64,000 bases of DNA, from the NCBI GenBank assembly GCA_964482695.1, contig CAYZYP010000001.1, positions 132,143 to 196,142 of the forward strand, written 5' to 3'. The notes under the pieces were generated by a model. That model saw nothing but the letters and a program-made list of their open reading frames with translations, was not told the origin of the DNA and made no database searches. How positions within the stretch are numbered: the first letter of the stretch is position 1; each line of letters opens with the position of its first letter. The position numbers and the translations under genes were made by a program. This document shows, one piece after another, positions 9,480 to 19,047 of this stretch. This DNA comes from an uncultured Gammaproteobacteria bacterium (GTDB lineage Bacteria; Patescibacteriota; Patescibacteriia; Magasanikbacterales; GWA2-37-8).

Positions 9480-11111
9480 ATGCCCAAGTTTAAAAAAAAT
9501 ATTTTTCTATTGTTAGAAGAAAAAAATAATTATGTATTGCAAAATATAAACAAAAAAAATTTTGCCAAGTTTTTAGTAAGAGATGATTTAGATAAAGCGT
9601 TGCTCGCGCTAAGACAAATTAATAGTTTGCAAACTAAAGAGGGCGTATCTATATACGCAACTCATTTAGCATACGGAATTTCCATCTGGAGTTTTCATCA
9701 GCAGTTATTTTTTTTGCCAGTTTTAACTGAATATATAAAGTACGAAGAGTTGATATGCTTTTTGTATAATAATAGAGATGAGTATAAAGTGATACTTCCA
9801 GCTGGCTCTAAAAAGCTAAAAATTTATTTAGAAGCCGCGGGCGTAACTGTTAAAGTTGGTCAGAATTTATTGAATATTATAAATAATTTATTAAGATGGG
9901 CGATAAAAATTACCGCATGGTTTTTTGCTTGTATAATTACTATTTTAGCGATATTAAAGTTGTGGAAAAACAAACCGGTTTTTTTAATATACACACCAGA
10001 CAAATATAACAAACAAAGCGATGGGGATTTTCGTGTTAAGGCAGTTTACGATCATTTAAGAAATAAAAAATATTCTTATCTTGAAATATTTCATACAACT
10101 TTTGGCGTTGATTTCTTTAAAAATCTATTTAAAAGGCGCCGTTTGGCGATATACTTGGATGTATTTTATTTTTTGGGTAGAGGTAGATTAGAAAAAAAAT
10201 CAGTTTTAAATCTTAAAGATTTTATCGAACCAAGCCGGTCAGTAATGCGTTTTTTATTAGAGGAACTCGAATCAAAAGTTCAGAAGAGCGAGAAACTTAT
10301 ACGGGTTTTTTTATTTTTATTTAAACACAGTTCGTTAAAAAAATTTATATCCATAGACGATCCGCGTTACACACAAGAAATTTTAGTATCTTGCAAGACT
10401 TGTGGTATTGAATCAGTAGGGTTTCAACATGGTCATTTTACCAAATATCACGTTGGTTGGTTGAATTATGGCATCCCAAAAGAATTATGTGTCGCCTTTG
10501 ACACCCTGTATGTTTGGAATGAATATTGGAAAAAAATACTAGTTAAATATAGTAGTCATTATAACGCCACTAATGTTAAAATAGGTGGTGAATTACGTCG
10601 GCCCAGTGATTTATCGTTTGGTAAAAAGATTGAGCCGAGAAATGTATCGAACCTAACAATATTAGTACCGTATGAAAGTTTGGCGCCCAAGGAAGAAATC
10701 AAGCTTTATATTGAACGTTTTAAAACAATGGGCATAAGAATTTATTTTAAAACTCGACCGGATGTGAATGTTAAAAAGCAACTACTGGAGTACGGCCTGT
10801 CTTCTTCCGAGGTAAAAATTGTCAATGTTCTAGACAGCAAAGTTTTATCAGAAATTGATGCCGCCGTAGGAGTGTACACAACATTTTTATATGAGATAAT
10901 TTTTTATGAGAAGCCGGTTTTTATTTTGGAAACAACGTCTGTCTTGGGTGATGATTTATTGGCAGAAGGTTTGGCTGTCGAGTTGGCCAAAGAATTCGAA
11001 CCAGAGTTTTTACTCCATGCAATAAATAACAATTTTAAGAGTAAAAAACAACTTGCTTGGCCACCGGCACCAAAGATACAAGATGTTTTAAATGATATTA
11101 TTAAACTATGA
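9480..11111 (+). CDS. Putative surface-carbohydrate transferase (GT-B fold)
   Basis: FQHG motif followed by DTLYVWNEYW and FKTRP; directly downstream of the cytidylyltransferase; family assignment is inference. Confidence 0.5.
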   Translation: MPKFKKNIFLLLEEKNNYVLQNINKKNFAKFLVRDDLDKALLALRQINSLQTKEGVSIYATHLAYGISIWSFHQQLFFLPVLTEYIKYEELICFLYNNRDEYKVILPAGSKKLKIYLEAAGVTVKVGQNLLNIINNLLRWAIKITAWFFACIITILAILKLWKNKPVFLIYTPDKYNKQSDGDFRVKAVYDHLRNKKYSYLEIFHTTFGVDFFKNLFKRRRLAIYLDVFYFLGRGRLEKKSVLNLKDFIEPSRSVMRFLLEELESKVQKSEKLIRVFLFLFKHSSLKKFISIDDPRYTQEILVSCKTCGIESVGFQHGHFTKYHVGWLNYGIPKELCVAFDTLYVWNEYWKKILVKYSSHYNATNVKIGGELRRPSDLSFGKKIEPRNVSNLTILVPYESLAPKEEIKLYIERFKTMGIRIYFKTRPDVNVKKQLLEYGLSSSEVKIVNVLDSKVLSEIDAAVGVYTTFLYEIIFYEKPVFILETTSVLGDDLLAEGLAVELAKEFEPEFLLHAINNNFKSKKQLAWPPAPKIQDVLNDIIKL

Positions 11112-11833
11112 AAATATTTTTATCGTTTTTAGCAAAAATTAAGGCGGATGTAAAACAATTATTTGGTTATCCGCGAGTGGAATATGGAGAGAAGATGAGT
11201 GTTGATTATGAAGTATATTGGCGAAGAAGAAGGGGAAAAAAGGAAGCTTTTTTTTCATCATGGCAAAGGCAGCGAGCCGATATAACCCTAAAAATTATCG
11301 AACCCAATTCTAGAGTGATTGATTTAGGCTGTGGAGATGGGGCGACAATAAATTATTTACAGGAACATTCTCATATACATGGCATAGGTGTTGATATAAA
11401 TTTAGAGATGTTAAAAAAAGCTTCGACATTGGGTGTAAAAACAATACAAATGGATATCAATAACTTGGAGTCAATTAAAACCTTGCCAGAAGTAGATTAT
11501 ATATTAGGTTTTGAGATTATAGAGCACATGCCTTGCCCAGAAAGTTTGATTTATCATTTACTGGATAAAGCCAAAAAGGGATTAGTTTTTTCTGTACCAA
11601 ATACAGGTTATTATTCTCATAGACTTCGTTTGTTGTTTGGCAAGTTTCCGCTTCAATGGGCTGCTCATCCTGGCGAACACTTACGTTTTTGGACAGTAAA
11701 AGATATGAAATTTTGGTTAAAATCAATAGGAGTTAAATCAGCAAAGATTATTTTATACGAAGGTTTGCCAATATTAAATAAAATTTTTCCTTCTTTGTTC
11801 GCCCAGGGGATTATTGTTTATTTTAAGAAATAG
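11108..11833 (+). CDS. SAM-dependent methyltransferase (MetW-like)
   Basis: VIDLGCGDG, EIIEHM, SVPNTGY...RLRLLFGKFP, EHLRFWT. Confidence 0.8.
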   Translation: MKIFLSFLAKIKADVKQLFGYPRVEYGEKMSVDYEVYWRRRRGKKEAFFSSWQRQRADITLKIIEPNSRVIDLGCGDGATINYLQEHSHIHGIGVDINLEMLKKASTLGVKTIQMDINNLESIKTLPEVDYILGFEIIEHMPCPESLIYHLLDKAKKGLVFSVPNTGYYSHRLRLLFGKFPLQWAAHPGEHLRFWTVKDMKFWLKSIGVKSAKIILYEGLPILNKIFPSLFAQGIIVYFKK

Positions 11834-13109
11834 CGATAAAATCTTTTTTTGGCAAAGTATAAAATAATATAAATAAAGTTAATGAAGTCACTATCTGTGT
11901 AATTAGTTTAGTTAAGATTACTCCCCAAATACCATAAAGCGGTAATAAAATTAAAAGACATATTAAATTGGCAAGGCCATTAACAAAATTAAGATAATGC
12001 AACTGGCGTTTTTTCACATGGGCGATTAAGCTTTGAGAAAACAAAACATCTGGTAGTGATAAAAGATTAAAAATTAAGATTTGTGAAAAAATAACAGCTT
12101 GTTGATAAGCAGGGAAAAGAGTTTTATAAATTAAAGGCGCTACCAGAACATAAAAAATGATTATAGGTAGCGGTACCAAAAGAAGTTTTATTATTTTATT
12201 TTTTGCTGATAATTTGATTTCAATTAAAGATTTTTGACTTAATTTTGGCAGCAAAAGATCTTTGAGAGTTGGTTTTAAAAAATCAATTATTTGTTGGGCA
12301 GGAGTGACCGCAAAAGTGTATACAGCTAATTGTATTGGACCTAGAAAGTGGAATACCAATATTTTATCTATATTTTTTACTGTCAAACCAATGAATTTAT
12401 TAGCAGTAAGACGTTTGGCAAAATCAATGCTTTCTTTTGTTATTTTTTCTGGTCGGTCTATTTGTTTTTTGGCTAGTAAGTAAATAATTAAAGAAGTAGT
12501 AGTATTAATAGTAAAGTAAACAATAATCAGATAAAGTGGATTTTTGGTAATAAGCAAAGTAAATGTTATTGCTATAACATAAATTAAATTTTGGAATATA
12601 ATACGATAGGCTCTGGTCTTGAAGTCTCTTTTCCCCAAAAAGTAAGGGTCAGATAAATTGGCGCCTTGTTGAAGTGGCAACAAAATTGCCATTATTAAAA
12701 GTGAGATAGCCAGCAAATTGTTGCCTAGTAGGTAATAGTAAGCAGCACCAGATAATCCGGCGATAATTATGCCAAAACTCCATTTTAAAGATGTTATAAA
12801 CGCGTCCTTTAAGATTTTTGTTGATCCAGACGCCACTGTTTGAGCAACTGCATCATCTAGCCCAGTCAGAGAGAAAATACCTATGATGCCGGCAACTGAT
12901 ATTATGTACTTATATATTCCATAGGTTTCTGGCGACAATAAATTGGCATATAATATAGATAAACCAAAAGCAGAGAGTATTAAGAAGATTCTGCTAGCAG
13001 ATATCCAAAACCCACCCCTGGCCAAATAAATCATATCTGTTTTAGTGTATTTTTGGCTCCAAAGCAGTATTTTCTTGATTTTTTCCTGGGTAGTGGTAAA
13101 ATAAGGCAT
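11823..13109 (-). CDS. Oligosaccharide flippase (Wzx family)
   Basis: Many hydrophobic segments; LLSPETYGIYKY and NIDKILVFHFLGPIQLAVY motifs. Confidence 0.85.
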   Translation of the reverse strand: MPYFTTTQEKIKKILLWSQKYTKTDMIYLARGGFWISASRIFLILSAFGLSILYANLLSPETYGIYKYIISVAGIIGIFSLTGLDDAVAQTVASGSTKILKDAFITSLKWSFGIIIAGLSGAAYYYLLGNNLLAISLLIMAILLPLQQGANLSDPYFLGKRDFKTRAYRIIFQNLIYVIAITFTLLITKNPLYLIIVYFTINTTTSLIIYLLAKKQIDRPEKITKESIDFAKRLTANKFIGLTVKNIDKILVFHFLGPIQLAVYTFAVTPAQQIIDFLKPTLKDLLLPKLSQKSLIEIKLSAKNKIIKLLLVPLPIIIFYVLVAPLIYKTLFPAYQQAVIFSQILIFNLLSLPDVLFSQSLIAHVKKRQLHYLNFVNGLANLICLLILLPLYGIWGVILTKLITQIVTSLTLFILFYTLPKKDFIAIS

Positions 13110-13143
13110 AATCAGTTACAATTTTTAACTTTATAACTATTTT

Positions 13144-14532
13144 ATGAATGTTTTATATATTGGCGCTGGCTTTGTGGGTACTTGTTCGGCGGCTATTACG
13201 GCCGACAGTGGCCATCGTGTTTTGGTTTATGATGTAGATGAAAATAAGATAAAAAGCCTTGGTTCTGGCGATCGGGATACTATTAAAAATTGCTTGTTTG
13301 AAAACGGTTTGGGCGATCTATTGGTGCGCCACAAAGATCGTATTAATTTTACCACAGATTACACTCAAGTAGAAGCTTTTTTAGAGAAATGCGATGTTGT
13401 TTTTATGTGTTTGCCAACGCCAGAAATAGACGAAACAGGCGAGAGTGATTTAAGCTATTATTTCTCTGCCGCGGAAAGATTAGCACAAAGTTTGTTAAAA
13501 CGCAATAATAATATTCAGGAAAAATATATTGTTATTATTAATAAAAGCACCGTGCCGATAAGCATGATAGACAAAACCAAAGAAATAATGGATAAAATTG
13601 GTGTTAAAAATTATGGCGTTGTTTCTAATCCAGAATTTTTGGTAGAAGGCAAAGCTATTGAAGGCTCCATGAAGCCAAGCAGGGTAGTAGTTGGCGCGGA
13701 AAAAGAAGTTGATTTTAAAATTATGCGTAGTCTGTATCAGCGTTTTTATGACGCGCCAGGAGTGCAATATATTGAAACTAACCCGCAAGAAGCAGCTGCC
13801 GGTAAACTGTTGGCCAACTTTTATTTATTTAACAAATTAATGATTTGCTTTGATGTTATTGGACGTGTTTGCGAAACATTCCCTGATACTAAGTTTGAAA
13901 ATATTAGAAGAATATTAACTTCTGACGACAGGATTGGCAAGTGGGGATTTTATAACAGCCTATATGCTGGTGGTAGTTGTTTTATCAAAGATGCTCGTTC
14001 GTTGTCGCACCAGTTGCAAACAGCCGGCCAAGGGGCTACTATGATAAACGAAACTCATTTGGCCAACAAGAGGCAGTTAGAATTATTTTTAGCCAGAGCG
14101 GAAAAAGAAGTAAAATTTGATTGGGGAGGCAAAAAAGTTGCTTTAATAGGCCTGGCTTTCAAACGCGATACTAACGATATTCGTAATTCTTCTAGTTTGG
14201 ATACTGTGAATTTTTTAATTGAAAAGCAAGTAGGGAGAATTAATATTTACGATCCAGCTGCCATGGCTAATTTTAAGAAAGTTCATCCAGAGTCGGAACA
14301 AATTAAATATTTTGACAACGAATTTACCGCTGTTAAAGAAGCCGATATTGTGATTTTGGCCACTGATTGGCCGCAGTTTCGTGGTTTAGCAGATATAATT
14401 ATAGCTCGGCTAGAGCATAAGCCATTGATTATGGATGGTCGGCGTATTTTGCAGCACCGTTATGATATTTTACAAAATGCTGGTTTTGATATTATTGCTG
14501 TTGGGAGTCCGCTGATAAAAGGTAAATCCTAA
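13144..14532 (+). CDS. ugd: UDP-glucose/GDP-mannose dehydrogenase family protein
   Basis: IGAGFVG, CLPTP, NKSTVP, SNPEFLVEG, catalytic GGSCF, AFKRDTNDIRNS. Confidence 0.85.
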   Translation: MNVLYIGAGFVGTCSAAITADSGHRVLVYDVDENKIKSLGSGDRDTIKNCLFENGLGDLLVRHKDRINFTTDYTQVEAFLEKCDVVFMCLPTPEIDETGESDLSYYFSAAERLAQSLLKRNNNIQEKYIVIINKSTVPISMIDKTKEIMDKIGVKNYGVVSNPEFLVEGKAIEGSMKPSRVVVGAEKEVDFKIMRSLYQRFYDAPGVQYIETNPQEAAAGKLLANFYLFNKLMICFDVIGRVCETFPDTKFENIRRILTSDDRIGKWGFYNSLYAGGSCFIKDARSLSHQLQTAGQGATMINETHLANKRQLELFLARAEKEVKFDWGGKKVALIGLAFKRDTNDIRNSSSLDTVNFLIEKQVGRINIYDPAAMANFKKVHPESEQIKYFDNEFTAVKEADIVILATDWPQFRGLADIIIARLEHKPLIMDGRRILQHRYDILQNAGFDIIAVGSPLIKGKS

Positions 14533-14570
14533 CAAAGCGTGTGTAAATGAGTTTTTTATTAAAATATTTT

Positions 14571-15875
14571 ATGGTGAATTTCGACAATTTACTATCAAAA
14601 AAAGAAAAAATTTGCGTAGTTGGCTTGGGATATGTTGGTTTGCCGTTAGCTGTTTTATTGGCGAAAAAATTTGCGGTTGTTGGTTTTGACATTAACAAGC
14701 AAAGAATAGAAGAATTGAAAAAAGGTATTGATAAAACAGGAGAAGTTAATGAAAGTGAATTAAAAAATACTAATATAGAATTTTCTGCAGACAGTGAAAT
14801 TATTAAAACAGCTAGTTTTATTATATTAGCTATTCCTACCCCAGTTGATAAAGATAATCGCCCTGATTTAGGTTTGGTAGAAAAAGCCACTGTCATGGTA
14901 GGGAAAAATTTGCGTCAAGGAGCTATAATCGTTTACGAATCAACTGTCTATCCAGGAGTAACAGAAGATATTTGTCTGCCAATTTTAGAAAAAGAGTCGG
15001 GGTTAAAAGGTGGTATTGATTTTAAAATTGGTTATTCGCCAGAACGAGTGAACCCTGGAGACAAAGAACATGGGATAGATAAAATAATTAAAATAGTTTC
15101 TGGCCAGGACCAAGAATCATTACAAATAATTGCCGGGGTTTATGGGGCTATTACTACTGTATACGAAGCCAGTTCTATTAAAGTGGCCGAGGCAGCCAAA
15201 GTTATTGAAAACACTCAACGTGATTTAAATATTGCCTTGATGAATGAATTATCGGTTATTTTTCATAAAATGGATATAGATACAAAAGAGGTGTTAAAAG
15301 CGGCTGGCACAAAGTGGAATTTTTTAAAATTTTATCCTGGCTTAGTAGGCGGACATTGTATTGGCGTAGATCCGTATTATTTAACTTATAAAGCAGAACA
15401 AATTGGTTACAATCCAGAGGTTATTCTAGCCGGACGCAGAATTAATGATTTTATGGGGAAATGGATAGTGGATGAATTGATTAAAAAAGCTGTCGAGCTT
15501 GGCAAAAATATTAGTAAATTAAAAGTTTTAATAGCCGGTTTTACTTTTAAAGAAAACGTACCGGATATTCGTAATTCTAAAGTTTTTGATATTTACAAAG
15601 CCTTAATTTCTCTTGGATTAAAACCTGTGGTGTATGATCCTATCGCAGACATAATAGAAACCAAGAGGGAATATGGACTTGATTTAGTTAATTCTTTGTC
15701 CAGTGAGTTGTTTGATGTTGTAGTAGTGGCAGTGTCTCACAATGAATTTAAAGATAAAAAAATAGACGATTGGAAAAAATTAATGTCTGGCCAACAATCG
15801 CTGTTGGCTGATGTTAAAGGTATATATAATTCACAAGAGGCAAGTGAATTAGGAATTGTTTATTGGAGACTGTAA
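14571..15875 (+). CDS. UDP-N-acetylhexosamine 6-dehydrogenase (TviB/WbpO-like)
   Basis: GLGYVGLPLA, YESTVYPG, YSPERVNPGD, AAKVIENTQRD, GGHCIGVDPYYL; second Met chosen as the likelier start. Confidence 0.9.
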   Translation: MVNFDNLLSKKEKICVVGLGYVGLPLAVLLAKKFAVVGFDINKQRIEELKKGIDKTGEVNESELKNTNIEFSADSEIIKTASFIILAIPTPVDKDNRPDLGLVEKATVMVGKNLRQGAIIVYESTVYPGVTEDICLPILEKESGLKGGIDFKIGYSPERVNPGDKEHGIDKIIKIVSGQDQESLQIIAGVYGAITTVYEASSIKVAEAAKVIENTQRDLNIALMNELSVIFHKMDIDTKEVLKAAGTKWNFLKFYPGLVGGHCIGVDPYYLTYKAEQIGYNPEVILAGRRINDFMGKWIVDELIKKAVELGKNISKLKVLIAGFTFKENVPDIRNSKVFDIYKALISLGLKPVVYDPIADIIETKREYGLDLVNSLSSELFDVVVVAVSHNEFKDKKIDDWKKLMSGQQSLLADVKGIYNSQEASELGIVYWRL

Positions 15876-15908
15876 ACAAGCTAAAATTTTATATTTATAT
15901 ATAATTTT

Positions 15909-16814
15909 ATGAATTATCTTGTCACTGGTGGCGCTGGTTTTATCGGCACCAATATAGCGAAGCAGCTTTTAAAAGATGGTCACCAAGTTAGCGTTTTTGA
16001 TAATTATAGTTCTGGCGAACACAAAGGGCGTCGTCAAGAAGGCGCAGAATATATTAAAGGCGATATTCGCGAATTGACTGCTTTGCAAGAAGCAATGAAG
16101 GGTATAGACGGTGTATTTCATACTGCTGCCGTGCCTCGCATGCCTTATTCAGTAGAACATCCAGTGGAAACTAACGAGGATAATATTACCGGTACTTTAA
16201 ATGTTTTGGTAGCGGCCAGAGACGCCAAAGTTAAAAGAGTGGTATATAGCGCGTCTTCTTCTGCTTATGGCGATCAAAAAGTAACTCCTTTTGTAGAAAC
16301 AATGAAACCAAGACCAATGAGCCCATATGGTTTACAAAAATTTGTTGGCGAAGAATATGCCCGGTTATTTTATGAATTATATGGTTTAAAAACTGTTTCT
16401 TTGCGCTATTTCAATGTCTATGGTCCATACATGGATCCAGACGGAGCCTATGCTTTGGTAATTGGCAAATTTTTGAAACAGAAGTTAGCTGGCAAGCCAA
16501 TGACAGTTTGCGGTGATGGCGAGTATTATCGTGATTATACGCATGTTCAAGATATCGTACGCGCTAATATTTTGGCAATGAATAGTTCTAATGTTGGAAA
16601 AGGAGAAACTATAAATATTGGCAATGGCCGGCCATATTCTGTTAATGAACTTGTTCGATTGATAGGTGGTGAGTTTATTTTTATTGAACCCAGGCCAGGT
16701 GATCCGCGCCACACAGAAGCAGATTTTGGTTTAGCTAAAGAATTGTTGAACTGGGAACCAACTATCGCTCTGCCAGATGGGGTAGAGGAGTTAAAGAAAG
16801 AATGGAAAATTTAG
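15909..16814 (+). CDS. NAD-dependent nucleotide-sugar epimerase (TviC/WbpP-like)
   Basis: TGGAGFIG, SASSSAYG, SPYGLQK (YxxxK), LRYFNVYGP. Confidence 0.88.
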   Translation: MNYLVTGGAGFIGTNIAKQLLKDGHQVSVFDNYSSGEHKGRRQEGAEYIKGDIRELTALQEAMKGIDGVFHTAAVPRMPYSVEHPVETNEDNITGTLNVLVAARDAKVKRVVYSASSSAYGDQKVTPFVETMKPRPMSPYGLQKFVGEEYARLFYELYGLKTVSLRYFNVYGPYMDPDGAYALVIGKFLKQKLAGKPMTVCGDGEYYRDYTHVQDIVRANILAMNSSNVGKGETINIGNGRPYSVNELVRLIGGEFIFIEPRPGDPRHTEADFGLAKELLNWEPTIALPDGVEELKKEWKI

Positions 16815-16827
16815 AAAAGTAAAGATT

Positions 16828-16861
16828 AAAAAATGCCTTGGTTAACTCCCAGGCATTTTTT
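16828..16861. terminator. Bidirectional intrinsic terminator
   Basis: aaaaaatgcct...aggcatttttt hairpin between convergent genes. Confidence 0.75.
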
Positions 16862-16887
16862 GTATTTTGCGATACGATTCAGTTCAA

Positions 16888-17166
16888 TTAATCTGTTAAT
16901 ACATTAACAAATTTAGAAATCTTTCTTGTTCCGTCGAAACGAGTTCTTTTGCGTTGAGTAAATTTGATTTTTCCAACTACCATTGCGTACAAAGTATCGT
17001 CTTTACCTTTTTTAACATTTTTTCCAGGATGAAATCTCGTGCCTCTTTGGCGAATTATAACCATGCCAGGTTTAACCGCTTGTCCATCGTGCATTTTAAC
17101 ACCTAGCCGTTGAGCGTTTGAATCACGACCCAACCGCGTAGAACCACCTGCTTTTTTATGTGCCAT
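16888..17166 (-). CDS. rpmA: 50S ribosomal protein L27
   Basis: [24 protein letters not shown]...IIRQRGT...GKDDTLYA. Confidence 0.98.
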   Translation of the reverse strand: MAHKKAGGSTRLGRDSNAQRLGVKMHDGQAVKPGMVIIRQRGTRFHPGKNVKKGKDDTLYAMVVGKIKFTQRKRTRFDGTRKISKFVNVLTD

Positions 17167-17352
17167 ATTTATTAGTTATAAAGTTCTTAAAGTTAAAAGT
17201 ATTGATTATGGCAAAATTATAATATAAAAACATAATATTGTCAATATCTTCCAGTATCTTCTAAATGTACACGGCCAGTTGTTTTTATGTGAATTTTAAG
17301 GTATAATTCAGATATAAGGGCGTTTTACAACCTTCAACTTTATAACTTCGCT

Positions 17353-17706
17353 ATGTTTTATTCTCCGAAAATATATTTTCGTGATTGGTGGATAAATATG
17401 CCTTTGCTTGGGGTTTTGCTAATGCAGTTTTTTATCTGGTGGTATATTTTTTCCAATATTCAGCCTTCGGATGAACAAATATTTTTGCATTATAATATTA
17501 TTTTTGGTATCGATTTAGTTGGTGTTTGGTGGAAAATTTTATATTTACCGATTATTGGCGGCATTATGTTTTTATTTAATTTTTTGCTGTCTTATTTCTT
17601 TTATAACTTCGATAGATTTTTGGCCCGTTTATTAGCGGCTTGGATATTTTTGATTCATATTTTTTTGTTAGTCGCGGTAGTATTATTAGTGGGGCTTAAT
17701 ATATAA
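17353..17706 (+). CDS. Small membrane protein
   Basis: Three hydrophobic helices; LHYNIIFGID motif. Confidence 0.7.
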   Translation: MFYSPKIYFRDWWINMPLLGVLLMQFFIWWYIFSNIQPSDEQIFLHYNIIFGIDLVGVWWKILYLPIIGGIMFLFNFLLSYFFYNFDRFLARLLAAWIFLIHIFLLVAVVLLVGLNI

Positions 17707-17748
17707 ATTATAAAATTTTTAAATTTACTTTAAAAATCGCAATTATTT

Positions 17749-18843
17749 ATGCCAAATAGACAAGGCGTGGACCGTCTTTTTTTATCAGCCTTTTTTGTGC
17801 TTTTATTAACAGGCTTAATCATGTTGACTTCGGCCAGCGCCTCTATTGGTTATGCCCAATTTAGTGATACCTACTTTTTTATTAAAAAACAAATGTTATT
17901 TGGTTTATTGCCCGGGATAATATTATTTTATTTATGTCTAAAAATAGATTATCGTCTTTGGCAAAAATTTAGTTGGTTAGTATATTTTTTATCTCTAATA
18001 TTATTAATATTAGTTTTTATTCCGGGATTAGGCGTAATAATAAACGGCGCGCGTAGTTGGTTGGATATATTTGGTTATACTTTTCAGCCAGCTGAATTTG
18101 GTAAATTAGCAGTTGTTTTAATAATGGCTAACTTATTATCAGAACCACGTCGCGATTTAAATGATTGGAAAAATGGGCTTTTACCGGTTTTAGCTGTTAT
18201 AGCTCCAATGATTCTTTTAATAGCCGGCCAGCCGGATATTGGCACCCTGTCTATTCTGGTAGTAATGATTTTTGTTATTCTCTATTTAGCCGGTTTGCGT
18301 AAAATTTATTTAGTAATTTTAGGTTTAGTTAGTCTAATTGCTTTTGTTGGCTTACTGCTGCTAGCTCCATACCGCGTGGCTCGTTTAACCACTTTTTTAC
18401 ACCCAGAATTAGATCCTAAAGGAATTGGCTACCAAACAAATCAAGCTTTTTTAGCTATTGGTTCTGGTGGTATTTGGGGATTGGGTTTAGGGCACTCTAG
18501 ACAAAAATTTCAATATTTACCAGAAGTACACGCTGATTCAATATTCGCTATTATTGCCGAAGAAATGGGGTTTTTAGTCACCCTAGCGATTGTTTTACTA
18601 ATTACTTTTTTTGGCTTAAGAGGTTTTAAAATAGCCAAAAAAGCGCCAGATGATTTTAGTCGTTTACTAGTGTCAGGAATTATGATATGGTTTATGTGGC
18701 AATCCTGGCTTAATATCGGCGCGATGGTTGGTGTTTTTCCGCTTACTGGTGTGCCTTTGCCTTTTATTAGCCATGGTGGGTCGGCTTTAATGGTAGGGCT
18801 CATGGGGGTGGGGATAGTGGCCAGGGTGAGTAAGCAGATATAA
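17749..18843 (+). CDS. ftsW: SEDS peptidoglycan polymerase FtsW
   Basis: NGARSW, FQPAEFGK, QPDIGT, GYQ...AIGSGG, LPEVHADSIFAIIAEE, TGVPLPFISHGGS. Confidence 0.92.
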   Translation: MPNRQGVDRLFLSAFFVLLLTGLIMLTSASASIGYAQFSDTYFFIKKQMLFGLLPGIILFYLCLKIDYRLWQKFSWLVYFLSLILLILVFIPGLGVIINGARSWLDIFGYTFQPAEFGKLAVVLIMANLLSEPRRDLNDWKNGLLPVLAVIAPMILLIAGQPDIGTLSILVVMIFVILYLAGLRKIYLVILGLVSLIAFVGLLLLAPYRVARLTTFLHPELDPKGIGYQTNQAFLAIGSGGIWGLGLGHSRQKFQYLPEVHADSIFAIIAEEMGFLVTLAIVLLITFFGLRGFKIAKKAPDDFSRLLVSGIMIWFMWQSWLNIGAMVGVFPLTGVPLPFISHGGSALMVGLMGVGIVARVSKQI

Positions 18844-18892
18844 AGGAGGTTAAAATTTTGGCAAAGAAGCACGCGTAAATGTTATTTCTTGC

Positions 18893-19019
18893 ACCAGCGA
18901 ACACATACATCTTTTTAGGAAAAAAAGCAGTTATCCGTTTGCCTTTTTGCCTACGTTTACACTTGGCAAAAAGTTTTCCGACCACTTTTTTTCCTAAAAA
19001 GATGTATGTGTTCGCTGGT
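18893..19019. repeat. Long hairpin element, copy 1 (perfect 35-bp stem around a conserved core)
   Basis: 18893-18927 is the exact reverse complement of 18985-19019; the core matches 52909-53026. Confidence 0.9.
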
Positions 19020-19047
19020 AAGTTATAAAAAGTTAGTATTTTAATTT

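Noticed and set aside
18893-19019. c-di-GMP-I riboswitch suggested by GGCAAAC and GAAA on the minus strand
   Set aside because: Motif order and two-hairpin architecture do not fit, and the orientation is antisense to the downstream genes
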